Assembly: GCA_047601445.1 (NCBI GenBank)
Contig: JASGJH010000001.1
Coordinates: 5,632,001-5,696,000 of the forward strand
From: Myxococcales bacterium
Lineage (GTDB): Bacteria > Myxococcota_A > Polyangia > Polyangiales > DASUME01
Reading direction: 5' to 3'
Length of the DNA stretch: 64,000 nt
Shown: positions 40,823 through 50,237 of the stretch, one piece after another
How the letters are laid out: each line of letters opens with the position of its first letter
How positions within the stretch are numbered: position 1 is the first letter of the stretch
Translations under genes and position numbers: made by a program
The notes under the pieces: model-generated
What the model was told of the DNA's origin: nothing
Databases searched by the model: none
Seen by the model: only the letters and a program-made list of their open reading frames with translations

Positions 40823-43531
40823 TCAGTAGCTCTCGCAGATGTAGCGCTTGCCCAGCGTGCAGTCCGCGTCGTTCCACTTGCCGCCCTGCAAGAACGCGCC
40901 GCAGTCCTCGGCGTCCTTGCAGCTGCCACCGGTCAGCGGGCTGCCGGAGCAGGAGCAACCCGAGTTGTTGGGCTCGCCGTCGTTCCAGCTCAGGTAGGCG
41001 CTGTTCTTCACGCCGCACTTGTCGCCCGGGTTGGGCTGCTGGCAGAACAGCAGGCCTTCCTCACTGTCGGCGCCAGGGCTAATCCAGTACCAGCTGCCTT
41101 CACCGGAAGACGGATGGTTGCTGTCGCAGCCGTTGCTCGCGAAGGGCCAGCCCGGACCACCGTTGTCGCCCCGGTCGTTGGCGCCGAACCAGGCCTCGGT
41201 GCCACCCACGATCTGATTGAGGAAGCCGTTCTCGCCCACGTTGTTGACCACGGCCAGGTCGAAACCTCCGTAGGCCTTGCAGCGCGCGCGAGCATCGCTC
41301 CACTTGAGCGGGCCGTTGCAAGTCAGGTAGTCGTGGGTGCCGTTCTTGGAGAGCACACACTCTCCGATGGCGTTCGTGGGCATGCAGGCGCCGCTGACGC
41401 AGGTCCGATTCGCGCCGCACGGGTTGTTGCAACCGCCACAGTTTTGGTTCGAGGTTTGTACGTCCACGCAGCTGCTGCCGCAGCGTTGTTCGCCCGCGAC
41501 CGTGCACTGACAGGTGCCCGTGTCGTCGCAAATCGCGTTGGCCCCGCAGGTGCTGCTGTTCGCGTCGGGCAGGCAGTTGCCCTGGTTGCACGTGCTGCTG
41601 GACGTGCACGCCTTGCCGTCGTCGCAGCTATTGGTGTTGAACGCGCTCACGCAGCCCTTGCCACCCGAGCCGGGCACGCAGGTGTCAGTGGTGCAGTCGG
41701 GCTCGCTGCCGTCGCCGCAGAAGTCGTTGTCCGCATCGGCGATACACACACCGTTCTGGCAGCGGTCGTTCTTGGAGCACTCGGTGTTGTCGTTGCAGCC
41801 GCCAGGGCCCGTGGTGAGCGGCGTGTTGACGCAGGCGCCATTGGTGCACTCGTCCTTGGTGCACGGCTTCTTGTCGTCACAATCGAGGGCCTTCTGACAG
41901 GTGGCGCAGATCTTCAGCACCGGATCGCACACGGGGTCGCCGGGGCAGGCGTCGGGACCGATGCACTTGCCTCCCGAGCAAACGTCCGGTCCAGTGCACC
42001 CGATGCCGTCATCGCAGGTGAGTCCGTCCTTGAACTGATGCGTGCAGCCATCGGCGCTGGGCGGATTGCAGAGGTCCTCCGTGCAGGCGACGGTGTCTTT
42101 GCACTGGTTGTGATCGCGCCCTGGGCCCGTCAAGCAGGCGCCGTCTTGGCAGAAGTCCCCGGTGGTGCACTTGTAGGGATCCTGGCAGCTCGCGCCGTTG
42201 TTGAACTTGCTGACGCACATGCCTTCGACGCAGGTCTGGGTCACGCAGACGTTGGAGTTGTCGCAGTCGCTGTTCTCGACGCACTCCACGCAGCGCCCGG
42301 TGGGACCGCAGAATTCTTGGCCGTCGCAGTTCTCGCTGCCCACGCAGGTGCCGTTCGCGCAGTGATCACCGCTCGTGCAATCTTGCAAGTCGGTGCAGGC
42401 CAGCTCGGGATCGCTCGACTTGGTGAACACGCAGCCCTTGCCCTGCTGACAGGTATCGAGCGTGCAGTCATTGTTGTCGGTGCAGGATCCGTCCTGCGGC
42501 GCGCCCGCGCACACGCCCGCCATGCACACGTCTTCCGAGGTGCACATGATGCCGTCGTCACAGCTCGCGCCCTCCTCGGCCGGCGTGTGCGTGCACAGAC
42601 CGCCCTGACAGTCCGGGGTGTCGCAGCTGCAGTCGTCGAGCGTGCACGGGTCGTTGTCGTCGCACTGCCCGTCCTTGGTGCAGCTCACACACTGGTTGAG
42701 CTCGCGATCGCAGACCTGGTCCGCTCCGCAGGTGCTTTGGCCCCAGCAGCGACCGTACTGGCACTTCTCTCCGCTGATGCAGGGGGCGGGGTCGTCGCAG
42801 TCGCCTTCGACGGGCATGCTGGTGCAACCCACACCGACCAGGCAGACCTCCTGGGTACACACCTCTTCGTCCTTGCAGAACGAGTCATTGGCGTCGCCCG
42901 AGATGCAGCGGCCCTTCTCGCATACGTCGCCCAACGTGCACAGCACCCGGTCGCACTCGAGCGTGGCGGAGAAGGCGAACGAGACGCACTTGTTGTCGAT
43001 GCACTGATCGCTGGTGCAGGCATTGCCGTCGTCGCAGCCGTGGGAGCAATCGAGTACGAAGTCTCCGCCGTCGGGGCCCGCGTCACCCGCCGTGCCCCCG
43101 TCGCTGCCCCCGTCGCTGTCCAAATCGGAACCCGAATCGAGCAGCATGCCTTCCTGGTCGCAGGCGTCGGAGGTGAGCAGCGTGACGATCGGTGCCTTCG
43201 CGGGCAGGTTGCCGACGACGCAGCCACGGGCCACCTCGCCGCCGCCAACGCTGGCCACCGCCTCGAAGCCGTAGCGACCCGCTGCCAGTTCCTTGATGCC
43301 GGGCGCGCTCTCCCCGCGCATGAGCATGGCGCTGTAGACCTGTTTCCCCGAGCAACTCCCGCGCATCACCCGCAGGGCAACCTGGTCGGCGCGTGCCCGG
43401 TCGGACTCGCAGGCGAAGCTGACGCTCCAGCCGAGGTCAGTGGGTTTGAGACCGTCCGAACAACCGGCGAGGAAGGAGAGCAGCAGGCAGGTCCAGACGC
43501 GGAACGCGAGGCGGGTGTGGACGGGTGGCAC
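40823..43531 (-). CDS. Cys-rich lipoprotein with Dictyostelium-type repeats and a C-terminal C-type lectin domain
   Basis: Lipobox LAGC; many CDDGNACTxDxC units; WSDARARC...LAVVNNVGEN...WFGAND...WNDGEPNN...WNDADC...YICE. Start approximate. Confidence 0.85.
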   Translation of the reverse strand: MPPVHTRLAFRVWTCLLLSFLAGCSDGLKPTDLGWSVSFACESDRARADQVALRVMRGSCSGKQVYSAMLMRGESAPGIKELAAGRYGFEAVASVGGGEVARGCVVGNLPAKAPIVTLLTSDACDQEGMLLDSGSDLDSDGGSDGGTAGDAGPDGGDFVLDCSHGCDDGNACTSDQCIDNKCVSFAFSATLECDRVLCTLGDVCEKGRCISGDANDSFCKDEEVCTQEVCLVGVGCTSMPVEGDCDDPAPCISGEKCQYGRCWGQSTCGADQVCDRELNQCVSCTKDGQCDDNDPCTLDDCSCDTPDCQGGLCTHTPAEEGASCDDGIMCTSEDVCMAGVCAGAPQDGSCTDNNDCTLDTCQQGKGCVFTKSSDPELACTDLQDCTSGDHCANGTCVGSENCDGQEFCGPTGRCVECVENSDCDNSNVCVTQTCVEGMCVSKFNNGASCQDPYKCTTGDFCQDGACLTGPGRDHNQCKDTVACTEDLCNPPSADGCTHQFKDGLTCDDGIGCTGPDVCSGGKCIGPDACPGDPVCDPVLKICATCQKALDCDDKKPCTKDECTNGACVNTPLTTGPGGCNDNTECSKNDRCQNGVCIADADNDFCGDGSEPDCTTDTCVPGSGGKGCVSAFNTNSCDDGKACTSSSTCNQGNCLPDANSSTCGANAICDDTGTCQCTVAGEQRCGSSCVDVQTSNQNCGGCNNPCGANRTCVSGACMPTNAIGECVLSKNGTHDYLTCNGPLKWSDARARCKAYGGFDLAVVNNVGENGFLNQIVGGTEAWFGANDRGDNGGPGWPFASNGCDSNHPSSGEGSWYWISPGADSEEGLLFCQQPNPGDKCGVKNSAYLSWNDGEPNNSGCSCSGSPLTGGSCKDAEDCGAFLQGGKWNDADCTLGKRYICESY

Positions 43532-43951
43532 GGAAACAGCTCCCCGGGTCGATAAGAAAGTCAGCGCGGTGACTCGGCACGAGCCCAGGCGACTAGGGCG
43601 TGCGGGCCCCCGAGTATCGCAGAGATCGGGTCGAATGGGGTGATGCTTAGCCGAGATTGGCAGCGGGATGCACTGGTTAGGCACCGCCACATGACGAAGC
43701 AGCGCTGACGCGCACCTCGGGCCCGGGGGCTTCGCTCGGCCCCGGGGAAGTTCGGTGGCCTCCTTCACGCCGACGCGTCGAGCCACGCGTGTGCATTCTC
43801 ACAGACCGCGCGGCGCTGGGTTTCGCCAACAAAACCTGGGGGGCCCGGAGTAGTCTTTGGTTGAACAAGTGATTTTCCCTCTGTAGACAGCGGCTGCGCG
43901 CCACGCGCTGCCTCGTCACCTCTGCGCCGGATGGGCGGTTCTTACATTCCA

Positions 43952-44773
43952 ATGCGTTCGAACTTCTACGGCTTCACTTTGAGGTTTGCGGCGTGGTTGA
44001 GCGCGCTCTGGATCGCTCTGCCCTGCGGCGTGGCCTGGGCCAACCCCCAACTCGACGAGGCCAAGCGCCTGGTCACCGAGCTCGAGTTCGACGCTGCCCT
44101 GGCGTCCTTTCAGGCAGCCATCGACAGCGGGGAGCTGACGCGTGACGAGCTGGTGGACCTGCTCTCGGAGCGCACGCTGGTGCTGCATGCGCTGCACCGC
44201 GAGAGCGAGCTGGTCGAGGACTTCATCTGGCTCGCCGCGCTCTCTCCCGAGCACATCCTCGACATGCGGGCGCCACCCGCGATGGTGGCCATGTGGAAGT
44301 CCGTGCGCGATCAGTCGCGCGGTCCGCTCGGCGTGAAGCTCACCCAGGAAGTGTCGGCAGGCGAGCTGCGGCTGCGGGCCGAGCTCACGGGCACGGTGCC
44401 CGAAGGCGCGCGCGCTCGGCTGGCCATCCGCGACCCGAGCGGCAGCTGGGAGATCGCGGAGGGACCGGAGCGCACCCTGGCCCTGAACGAGCGGCTCGAG
44501 CTCGCGGGCTACGCGCAGGCGCTCGGACTCGGTGGCCTGGTGGTGGCGGAAGACGGCAACGCCGAGAGTCCGCGCAGCATCGTGGCGGATCCGAGCCTCG
44601 CGGACGAGGGCGGCGCGGGCGGCCGCGACGGAACCCTGCGGCGACGTCGGGCCTGGATCATCGGCACGTGCGCGGTGGCTGTAGCGGCCGCGGCAGGTGT
44701 GGCGACGTACTTCCTGGTGCATGACGACGGCGAGAAGGCGCCCACCAACCTGAACCCGATGGTGACGTTCTGA
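43952..44773 (+). CDS. Exported TPR-like protein with a C-terminal membrane anchor
   Basis: Signal peptide (VAWA|N), helical N-domain and C-terminal hydrophobic helix; TGATG overlap with the kinase. Confidence 0.65.
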   Translation: MRSNFYGFTLRFAAWLSALWIALPCGVAWANPQLDEAKRLVTELEFDAALASFQAAIDSGELTRDELVDLLSERTLVLHALHRESELVEDFIWLAALSPEHILDMRAPPAMVAMWKSVRDQSRGPLGVKLTQEVSAGELRLRAELTGTVPEGARARLAIRDPSGSWEIAEGPERTLALNERLELAGYAQALGLGGLVVAEDGNAESPRSIVADPSLADEGGAGGRDGTLRRRRAWIIGTCAVAVAAAAGVATYFLVHDDGEKAPTNLNPMVTF

Positions 44774-46656
44774 TGCCGCTGCCAGGGGACGGCTACAGCC
44801 TTGCGCGGGCGTACGAAGGAAAGACCTTTGGCGCCTATCGCATCGCGCGTGCCATCGCCACGGGCGGCATGGCCACCGTGTTCCTGGCGCGCCGCACGGG
44901 TCCTGGTCGCTTTGCGCAGACCGCCGCCCTCAAGGTCATTCATCCGCACCTGGCCCGCGAGAAAGAGTTCGTGGACATGTTCCTGGAGGAGGCACGCATC
45001 GCTTCCTCCATCAACCACCCGAACGTGTGCCGCGTGCTCGACTTCGGGCAGGCCGAGGGCACGTTCTACCTGGCCATGGAGTACGTGCGCGGCGAGACCT
45101 GGGCCACCGCACTCGAGCGGCTCACGAGCCAGCGCGAGAGCCGCATGCGCATGCACGCCCTGAGCACGTACGTGATCCAGCAGGCCTGCGAGGGCTTGCA
45201 CGCGGTCCACGAGGCGGTCGATCCCAACGGCATTCCGCTGCAGATCGTGCATCGCGACATCTCCCCGCAGAACCTGTTCATCGCCTACGACGGCAGCGTG
45301 CGCGTGCTCGACTTCGGCATCGCCACCGGGGCGGGCGGCTCGGTGCAGGGGGCCGGTGGGCAATCCACCACCCAGGTCATCAAGGGGCGCTACGCGTACA
45401 TGGCGCCAGAGCAGGCGCGTGGGGCCGAGGTCGATCGGCGCGCGGATATCTGGTCGTTGGGCGTATGTTTGAGAGAGGCGCTGGGCGGCGAACGGCTGTT
45501 CGAGCGCGACACGCAAGTCGCCACCATCCTGGCGGTCACCAAGGAAGAGCTGCCAGCCTGGCCACGCCAGGTTCCGCTGCTCTTGCGCGAGGTGTGCGAT
45601 CGCGCCCTCGAGCGCGATCCGGAGCTGCGCTTCCAAACGGCACGTGAGCTCGGTAGTGCGCTGGCGCGCTTCAGCGCCAGCGAAGCCGAGCCCGCGGGCG
45701 GGGCCGAGGTGGGCCGCTGGATGCGCACGTTGTTCCCCGAGCAGATTGCCCAGAAACGCGCCGAGCTGCGCGAGCTCGCAGGGGAAGACACCAACACCGG
45801 CTCGTTTACCTCCATCATGCCGCTCTCCGGCACCACGCGCTCCGCGGCATTCGAAGCACAACCCACGCCGGCCACCGGAAGTCCGCGCCTGCGTCGCATG
45901 AGAAGGCAGGTCGGTAGCTGGGCCAGCGCCGCAGCCCTCGCCGTCGGAGCGGCCTACGTCGCGTTTCGTCTCACGCCGCAACTCATGCACTCGCAGGCCA
46001 GCCCCGCCCCGACGGCCGTGAATGCGGAAGTTCGCCCGGGCTCTTCCGCGGGCATCCCCGAAGTGCCGCTGGCCAAGCCAGCGTTGGCCCAGGCACCTGG
46101 GATCGAGCCGCCCATCGCTGTCGCGCCTGGCGTACAGGTTACGGTGACGTCTGACATAGTCGCGGTCGCGCCTGGCGCGGACGAGCCCACGACTCCCGAA
46201 GCGTCGCCAGCCGACCTGCAGGCCGCTCAAGTCGCGCCCAGCGCTGCGAGCGATTCCGTGCTCGCTGCGTTCGCCAAGAGCGACAGCCCGAGCGACGAAG
46301 AAGGGCACCACCATCATCGCCACCACCGTCATCGCAAGGAGGGCACGGGCGAGGGCACGCCAAGCCAAACAGGCGCCCCTGCGAGCGACACCAAGAACGC
46401 TCCGACGACGGCAACCATTGCCACACCGACCAAGTCCAGCGAGAGCGCAGCACCCGGCACGCTGCTGGTGGCCGCCGCCAGCGGTTGGGCCGAAGTCTCC
46501 TTGAACGGCAAGGCGCTGGGCACCACGCCCTTTCGCGTGGAGCTTCCCGCAGGCAGCCATCGACTCGAAGTTCGGTTCTTCGGCACCGGCAGCCCGCAAC
46601 CCATGGGCGTCGAGATCCAGCCTGGCAGCGTGACCAAGCTGCGCCTCACGCAGTAA
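44773..46656 (+). CDS. Membrane Ser/Thr protein kinase with PEGA-like domain (paralog of 31408-33654)
   Basis: GGMATV, ALK, HRDISPQN, DFG and YMAPE motifs; TM helix; GWAEVSLNGKALGTTP. Confidence 0.93.
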   Translation: MPLPGDGYSLARAYEGKTFGAYRIARAIATGGMATVFLARRTGPGRFAQTAALKVIHPHLAREKEFVDMFLEEARIASSINHPNVCRVLDFGQAEGTFYLAMEYVRGETWATALERLTSQRESRMRMHALSTYVIQQACEGLHAVHEAVDPNGIPLQIVHRDISPQNLFIAYDGSVRVLDFGIATGAGGSVQGAGGQSTTQVIKGRYAYMAPEQARGAEVDRRADIWSLGVCLREALGGERLFERDTQVATILAVTKEELPAWPRQVPLLLREVCDRALERDPELRFQTARELGSALARFSASEAEPAGGAEVGRWMRTLFPEQIAQKRAELRELAGEDTNTGSFTSIMPLSGTTRSAAFEAQPTPATGSPRLRRMRRQVGSWASAAALAVGAAYVAFRLTPQLMHSQASPAPTAVNAEVRPGSSAGIPEVPLAKPALAQAPGIEPPIAVAPGVQVTVTSDIVAVAPGADEPTTPEASPADLQAAQVAPSAASDSVLAAFAKSDSPSDEEGHHHHRHHRHRKEGTGEGTPSQTGAPASDTKNAPTTATIATPTKSSESAAPGTLLVAAASGWAEVSLNGKALGTTPFRVELPAGSHRLEVRFFGTGSPQPMGVEIQPGSVTKLRLTQ

Positions 46657-46698
46657 CGGCGCACCGAGCGCCCACTCCGACGCCAGGCTTCGCCGCGC

Positions 46699-48276
46699 TC
46701 AGTCGCCGCAGGTGGGGCTGCGATAGATCGTGGCGACGTCACTGGCCGACAACGTCGCGCCGAACAGCACCACATCGTCGAGCAGCCCATGGAAAGGAAA
46801 GCTCGGACTCTCCGAGGTTACGTTGCCGAGCTGCAGCTGACTCACGTCGATGGCCTGGGCGCTCGTCACTACCACGTGATTCCAATCGCTCCCCAGCGTG
46901 GCGCCAGGTACGCCGTTCACGTACGTGATGGCGCCGGGCCAGTTGCTTGCAGCCATGCCGAGCTGGGTATCCACGAACTCGACCTTCGCGCTGGCGTTAA
47001 GGTTGAGGATGTTGCGGGGATTCTGGTAGTCCGAGTACTTGATCTGCACCGTCAGATAATCCACCGAGGCCGCCAGACCCAAGAGGCCGCTCAAGCGCAC
47101 GCGTACGCGGAAATTCGCGTCGCTGAAGTCCGAACGTTGCCAGCTGCGTCCCCACAGCTGAGCGACTCCTCCATAGGTGCTCAAGTTGTTGGAGCCCACG
47201 ATGGCCGTGCCGCCGTAGCCCGCGCTCGTGTGGCTCGAGCCGCCGTCCCACGAGAGCTCCACGCCGAGCCCCTGGATCACGCCGAAGGTCGACGACTTGA
47301 TGATCACCGTGACGCCGAGGATGGACACGCCCTGCGGGATCGCACTGTCCAGGTGGAAGCCACCCCAGTGCTCATTCTTGCTGCCAAGCAGCGTGAGGTT
47401 GGCGGTCGCGCTGCCGCCGCCATCTGCATAGGCATTTTGGGGCGACGACCAGTCATTGTTGGGACCGTAGGAGCTCGGAAACACCGCGGGTGTGAGGTTC
47501 GTGATCGCCGTGCCCGAGCTCGGCTTGGCCCAGAATGAGAGGCCCTTGATGGCGCTGCCGGCCGCTCCAACCTGCACGTAGTCATCGACTCCGTCGAAGC
47601 TGAGCGCGCCGTCGACGTGTCCCTGCGTCCAGGGCGTGCCCGTGACGTTGGTCAGGGTTCCATTGGGCGCCTGCCCGGTCGCCTCACTCGCTACGTTGCC
47701 GGAGGTCTCATCGAGCATCCAGTGCGCGGCACGCACGGGCGGTGGCGTCACGTTGCAGCCGCAGGCATCCGCCACGGCGCGCAGCGGATCGAGCGGGCAA
47801 GCATCGACATCATCGGCGCTTCCGTCGCCATCGTCGTCGTCGTCGCACACGTCGCCAAAGCCATCGCCGTCGAAGTCCTTTTGATCGACGTTGGCCAGGG
47901 CGAGGCAGTTGTCTGCCGAATCACAGAGACCATCGCCGTCCATGTCGCTGCAGCCCACGGCCGCGTCCGACCCGGGATTCGCGATAGGTCCCGCATCGCC
48001 GCCGCCACCCGTCCCGGGATTCGCAGCGGGCCCTGCGTCTCCATCGCCACCGAGCATGTCGTCGGGAAGCGCGCCGGCGTCGCTACCCGGCAGTGAGCCC
48101 GGCGTTGCGGCATCTTGCCCACCGTCTGCCACCTGAACGGGCAAGTCGAGCAACTTGAGACCGAGCCGGCCGCAGCCTGCCGTGGGCAGGGCGACCAGAG
48201 CTAACGATAGCCCCAAGATCGACCGCAAACTCCGTGACACCAACTCAGATCGTAAGTGGCTTCCTGTCGGCCCCAC
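46699..48276 (-). CDS. LamG-like jellyroll lipoprotein with thrombospondin type-3 repeats (likely start GTG 48240)
   Basis: AGCGRLGL lipobox; DMDGDGLCDSADNC...DGDGFGDVCD; HWMLDETSG...GALSFDGVDDYV...FHGLLDDVVLF. Confidence 0.8.
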   Translation of the reverse strand: MGPTGSHLRSELVSRSLRSILGLSLALVALPTAGCGRLGLKLLDLPVQVADGGQDAATPGSLPGSDAGALPDDMLGGDGDAGPAANPGTGGGGDAGPIANPGSDAAVGCSDMDGDGLCDSADNCLALANVDQKDFDGDGFGDVCDDDDDGDGSADDVDACPLDPLRAVADACGCNVTPPPVRAAHWMLDETSGNVASEATGQAPNGTLTNVTGTPWTQGHVDGALSFDGVDDYVQVGAAGSAIKGLSFWAKPSSGTAITNLTPAVFPSSYGPNNDWSSPQNAYADGGGSATANLTLLGSKNEHWGGFHLDSAIPQGVSILGVTVIIKSSTFGVIQGLGVELSWDGGSSHTSAGYGGTAIVGSNNLSTYGGVAQLWGRSWQRSDFSDANFRVRVRLSGLLGLAASVDYLTVQIKYSDYQNPRNILNLNASAKVEFVDTQLGMAASNWPGAITYVNGVPGATLGSDWNHVVVTSAQAIDVSQLQLGNVTSESPSFPFHGLLDDVVLFGATLSASDVATIYRSPTCGD

Positions 48277-48308
48277 TCCACGAATCGGCTAATACCAACC
48301 ACATTTGG

Positions 48309-48341
48309 GGGAGCAGGTAGGTTTGCACGCAAGATCGCGCA
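48309..48341 (-). promoter_or_regulatory. Conserved upstream box of LamG paralog 1
   Basis: gggagcaggtaggtttgcacgcaagatcgcgca, 31/33 identical to 49736-49768. Confidence 0.65.
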
Positions 48342-48387
48342 GCAAGGATCGCCCTCCTGCCTACAGCCAAATGCAACCGCACGTGGT

Positions 48388-49701
48388 TCAGAGGCCGCAC
48401 TCCGGACTCTGTGCGAGCACTTGAGCCTGGGTCGCCGTAAGCGTCTCCGCGAAGAACATCACATCGTCCAGGGTGCCCTGAAAGGCCGTCCCGGCCGCCT
48501 CGCTCTTCACGTCACCGAGCTGCAGCTGGGTCACGCCGAGCGCCTGACTGCTCGTGATGAGCACGTGGTTCCAGTCCGCGCCGAGCCGCGCGCCCGCCAC
48601 ACCGTTCACGTAGGTCATGGCACCCGGCCAGTTGGTGGCCGAGATCGCCCCTGCCGCGTCGGCGAACTCCACCTTCGCGCCATCGCTGAGGTTGAGGACG
48701 TTGCGCGGATTCTGCGCGTTCGTGTACGCGAGCTGCACGGTGATGTAGTCGATGGATGCCGCCAGACTCACCAGGCCCCCGAGCACGACGCGCACGCGAA
48801 AGTTCGCGTCGGTGAAGTCCTGGGCCTGCCAACTACGACCCCACAGTTGATCCGGCCCACCATAGCTACTCAGGTTGTTCGAACCGACCAGTGCCGCACC
48901 ACCGTAGCGCGCGTCCGTCTGCGTGTTCCCCGCGTCCCAGGAGAGCTCCACGCCGAGCCCCTGAACCACGCCGAAAGTGGCCGATTTGATGGTGACCGTG
49001 ATGCCCACGACCACCGCCCCCGCCGGCAGCTGCGCCGGCAGATGAAAGCCGCCCCAGTGCTGCTCGCGGCTGCCGATCAAGTTCAGGTTGGCCGTGGCGT
49101 TGCCGTTGCCCTCGGTGAACGCCTTCTCGGGCGTGTCCCAGTCCTCCTTCGGGCCGGTGCTGCTCGGAAAGACCGCACCGGTCGCGCCCTCGCTGGCCAC
49201 CAGGCTCCCGGGCCTGGCCCAGAAGGCCAGGGTCTTCACGGGCGCCGCCAGGGCCCCAACCTGCACATAGTCATCGACGCCGTCGAAGCTCAACGCGCCA
49301 CCCACTTGTCCGCCTACCCAGGCAGGCATGGCCGCAAAGTTGGTGAGCACGCCAGCCGGCGCGCTGCCGGTCGCTTCCGCCGCGCTGGTGCCCGCGGTCT
49401 CGTCGAGCTTCCAGTGAGCCGCGGGTAGCGGGGGCGGCACCACGTCCGGCTGGTCCAACAGACAAGAACCTGCGTCGGTGTCGACCCCTGCGTCCCCGTT
49501 GCTTCCGGCTCCCCCGTCCGGCTGGAGCAGCCAGCCCGCGTCTGCGTCCGCCGACGCACCGGCCCCCTTGTTCAACAGCTTGAGGCCGACGCGACCGCAC
49601 CCCTGGAGCGCTGGCAGCGACACGCAAAGCCACGCGACGAAACCGAAACGACCCCAAGAAAACACTGCAGGAACGATCGTAAGTCGGCGCCTCCCCGACA
49701 C
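48388..49701 (-). CDS. LamG-like lipoprotein, tandem paralog without the TSP3 repeats (likely start GTG 49665)
   Basis: QGCGRVGL lipobox; HWKLDETAG...GALSFDGVDDYV...FQGTLDDVMFF; aligns along most of its length with 46699-48276. Confidence 0.8.
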   Translation of the reverse strand: MSGRRRLTIVPAVFSWGRFGFVAWLCVSLPALQGCGRVGLKLLNKGAGASADADAGWLLQPDGGAGSNGDAGVDTDAGSCLLDQPDVVPPPLPAAHWKLDETAGTSAAEATGSAPAGVLTNFAAMPAWVGGQVGGALSFDGVDDYVQVGALAAPVKTLAFWARPGSLVASEGATGAVFPSSTGPKEDWDTPEKAFTEGNGNATANLNLIGSREQHWGGFHLPAQLPAGAVVVGITVTIKSATFGVVQGLGVELSWDAGNTQTDARYGGAALVGSNNLSSYGGPDQLWGRSWQAQDFTDANFRVRVVLGGLVSLAASIDYITVQLAYTNAQNPRNVLNLSDGAKVEFADAAGAISATNWPGAMTYVNGVAGARLGADWNHVLITSSQALGVTQLQLGDVKSEAAGTAFQGTLDDVMFFAETLTATQAQVLAQSPECGL

Positions 49702-49735
49702 GCGCCAACAATCCGATCACGACTGCCACAATTGA

Positions 49736-49768
49736 GGGAGCAGGTAGGATTGCACGCAAGATCACGCA
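49736..49768 (-). promoter_or_regulatory. Conserved upstream box of LamG paralog 2
   Basis: gggagcaggtaggattgcacgcaagatcacgca; matches 48309-48341. Confidence 0.65.
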
Positions 49769-49829
49769 TCGGCGTGCCGCTCTCCTTTCTCCCACATCCG
49801 AAGGCTGGCGGGCTTCGCTCGAACAGCAC

Positions 49830-50141
49830 TCAAGAGATGACTTGGGCGAGCACCCACGGCTGGACGATCACGCACTGAAAGCGCGTGCTCCCTCCCGCTT
49901 CGGAGAGCTCTCGCGCGTCGTCGTCGCTGGCCCTCCGCAGCCCGCCCTCGCTCAGCCAGCGCTCCACGCGCGCGCGGTCGTCGCTGGCGATGGCCTCGGC
50001 CACCTCGAGCAGGTCGAGGGAACCCGCGAGCAGGAGCAGGGCACCCCGCGCGAACTGCGGCACCAGATCCGACCAACTCACTGCCATCACTTCGCCACGT
50101 AGCTTGGCGCGGGCGGGACTGTCGCTGCGGGACTCCGTCAT
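49830..50141 (-). CDS. DUF2288-family small protein
   Basis: VSWSDLVPQFARGALLLL...LDLLEVAEAIASDD...VERWL...IVQPWVLAQ. Confidence 0.8.
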   Translation of the reverse strand: MTESRSDSPARAKLRGEVMAVSWSDLVPQFARGALLLLAGSLDLLEVAEAIASDDRARVERWLSEGGLRRASDDDARELSEAGGSTRFQCVIVQPWVLAQVIS

Positions 50142-50209
50142 CGGGCTGCCTTTTGGCCTTTTGTGGGCCTTTTCGCAAGCTCCGTTGCCTGTGCAGACCC
50201 GGACGAGAG

Positions 50210-50224
50210 TGGCACAAAGCGTGC
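50210..50224 (+). promoter_or_regulatory. Candidate sigma-54 (-24/-12) promoter
   Basis: TGGCAC-aaagc-GTGC with GG-N10-GC spacing, 14 nt before the kinase ATG. Confidence 0.4.
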
Positions 50225-50237
50225 GTCATAGGGCCCA

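Noticed and set aside
40097..43555. 1152-aa plus-strand ORF
   Set aside because: Antisense shadow of the C-type lectin gene; no recognisable motifs.
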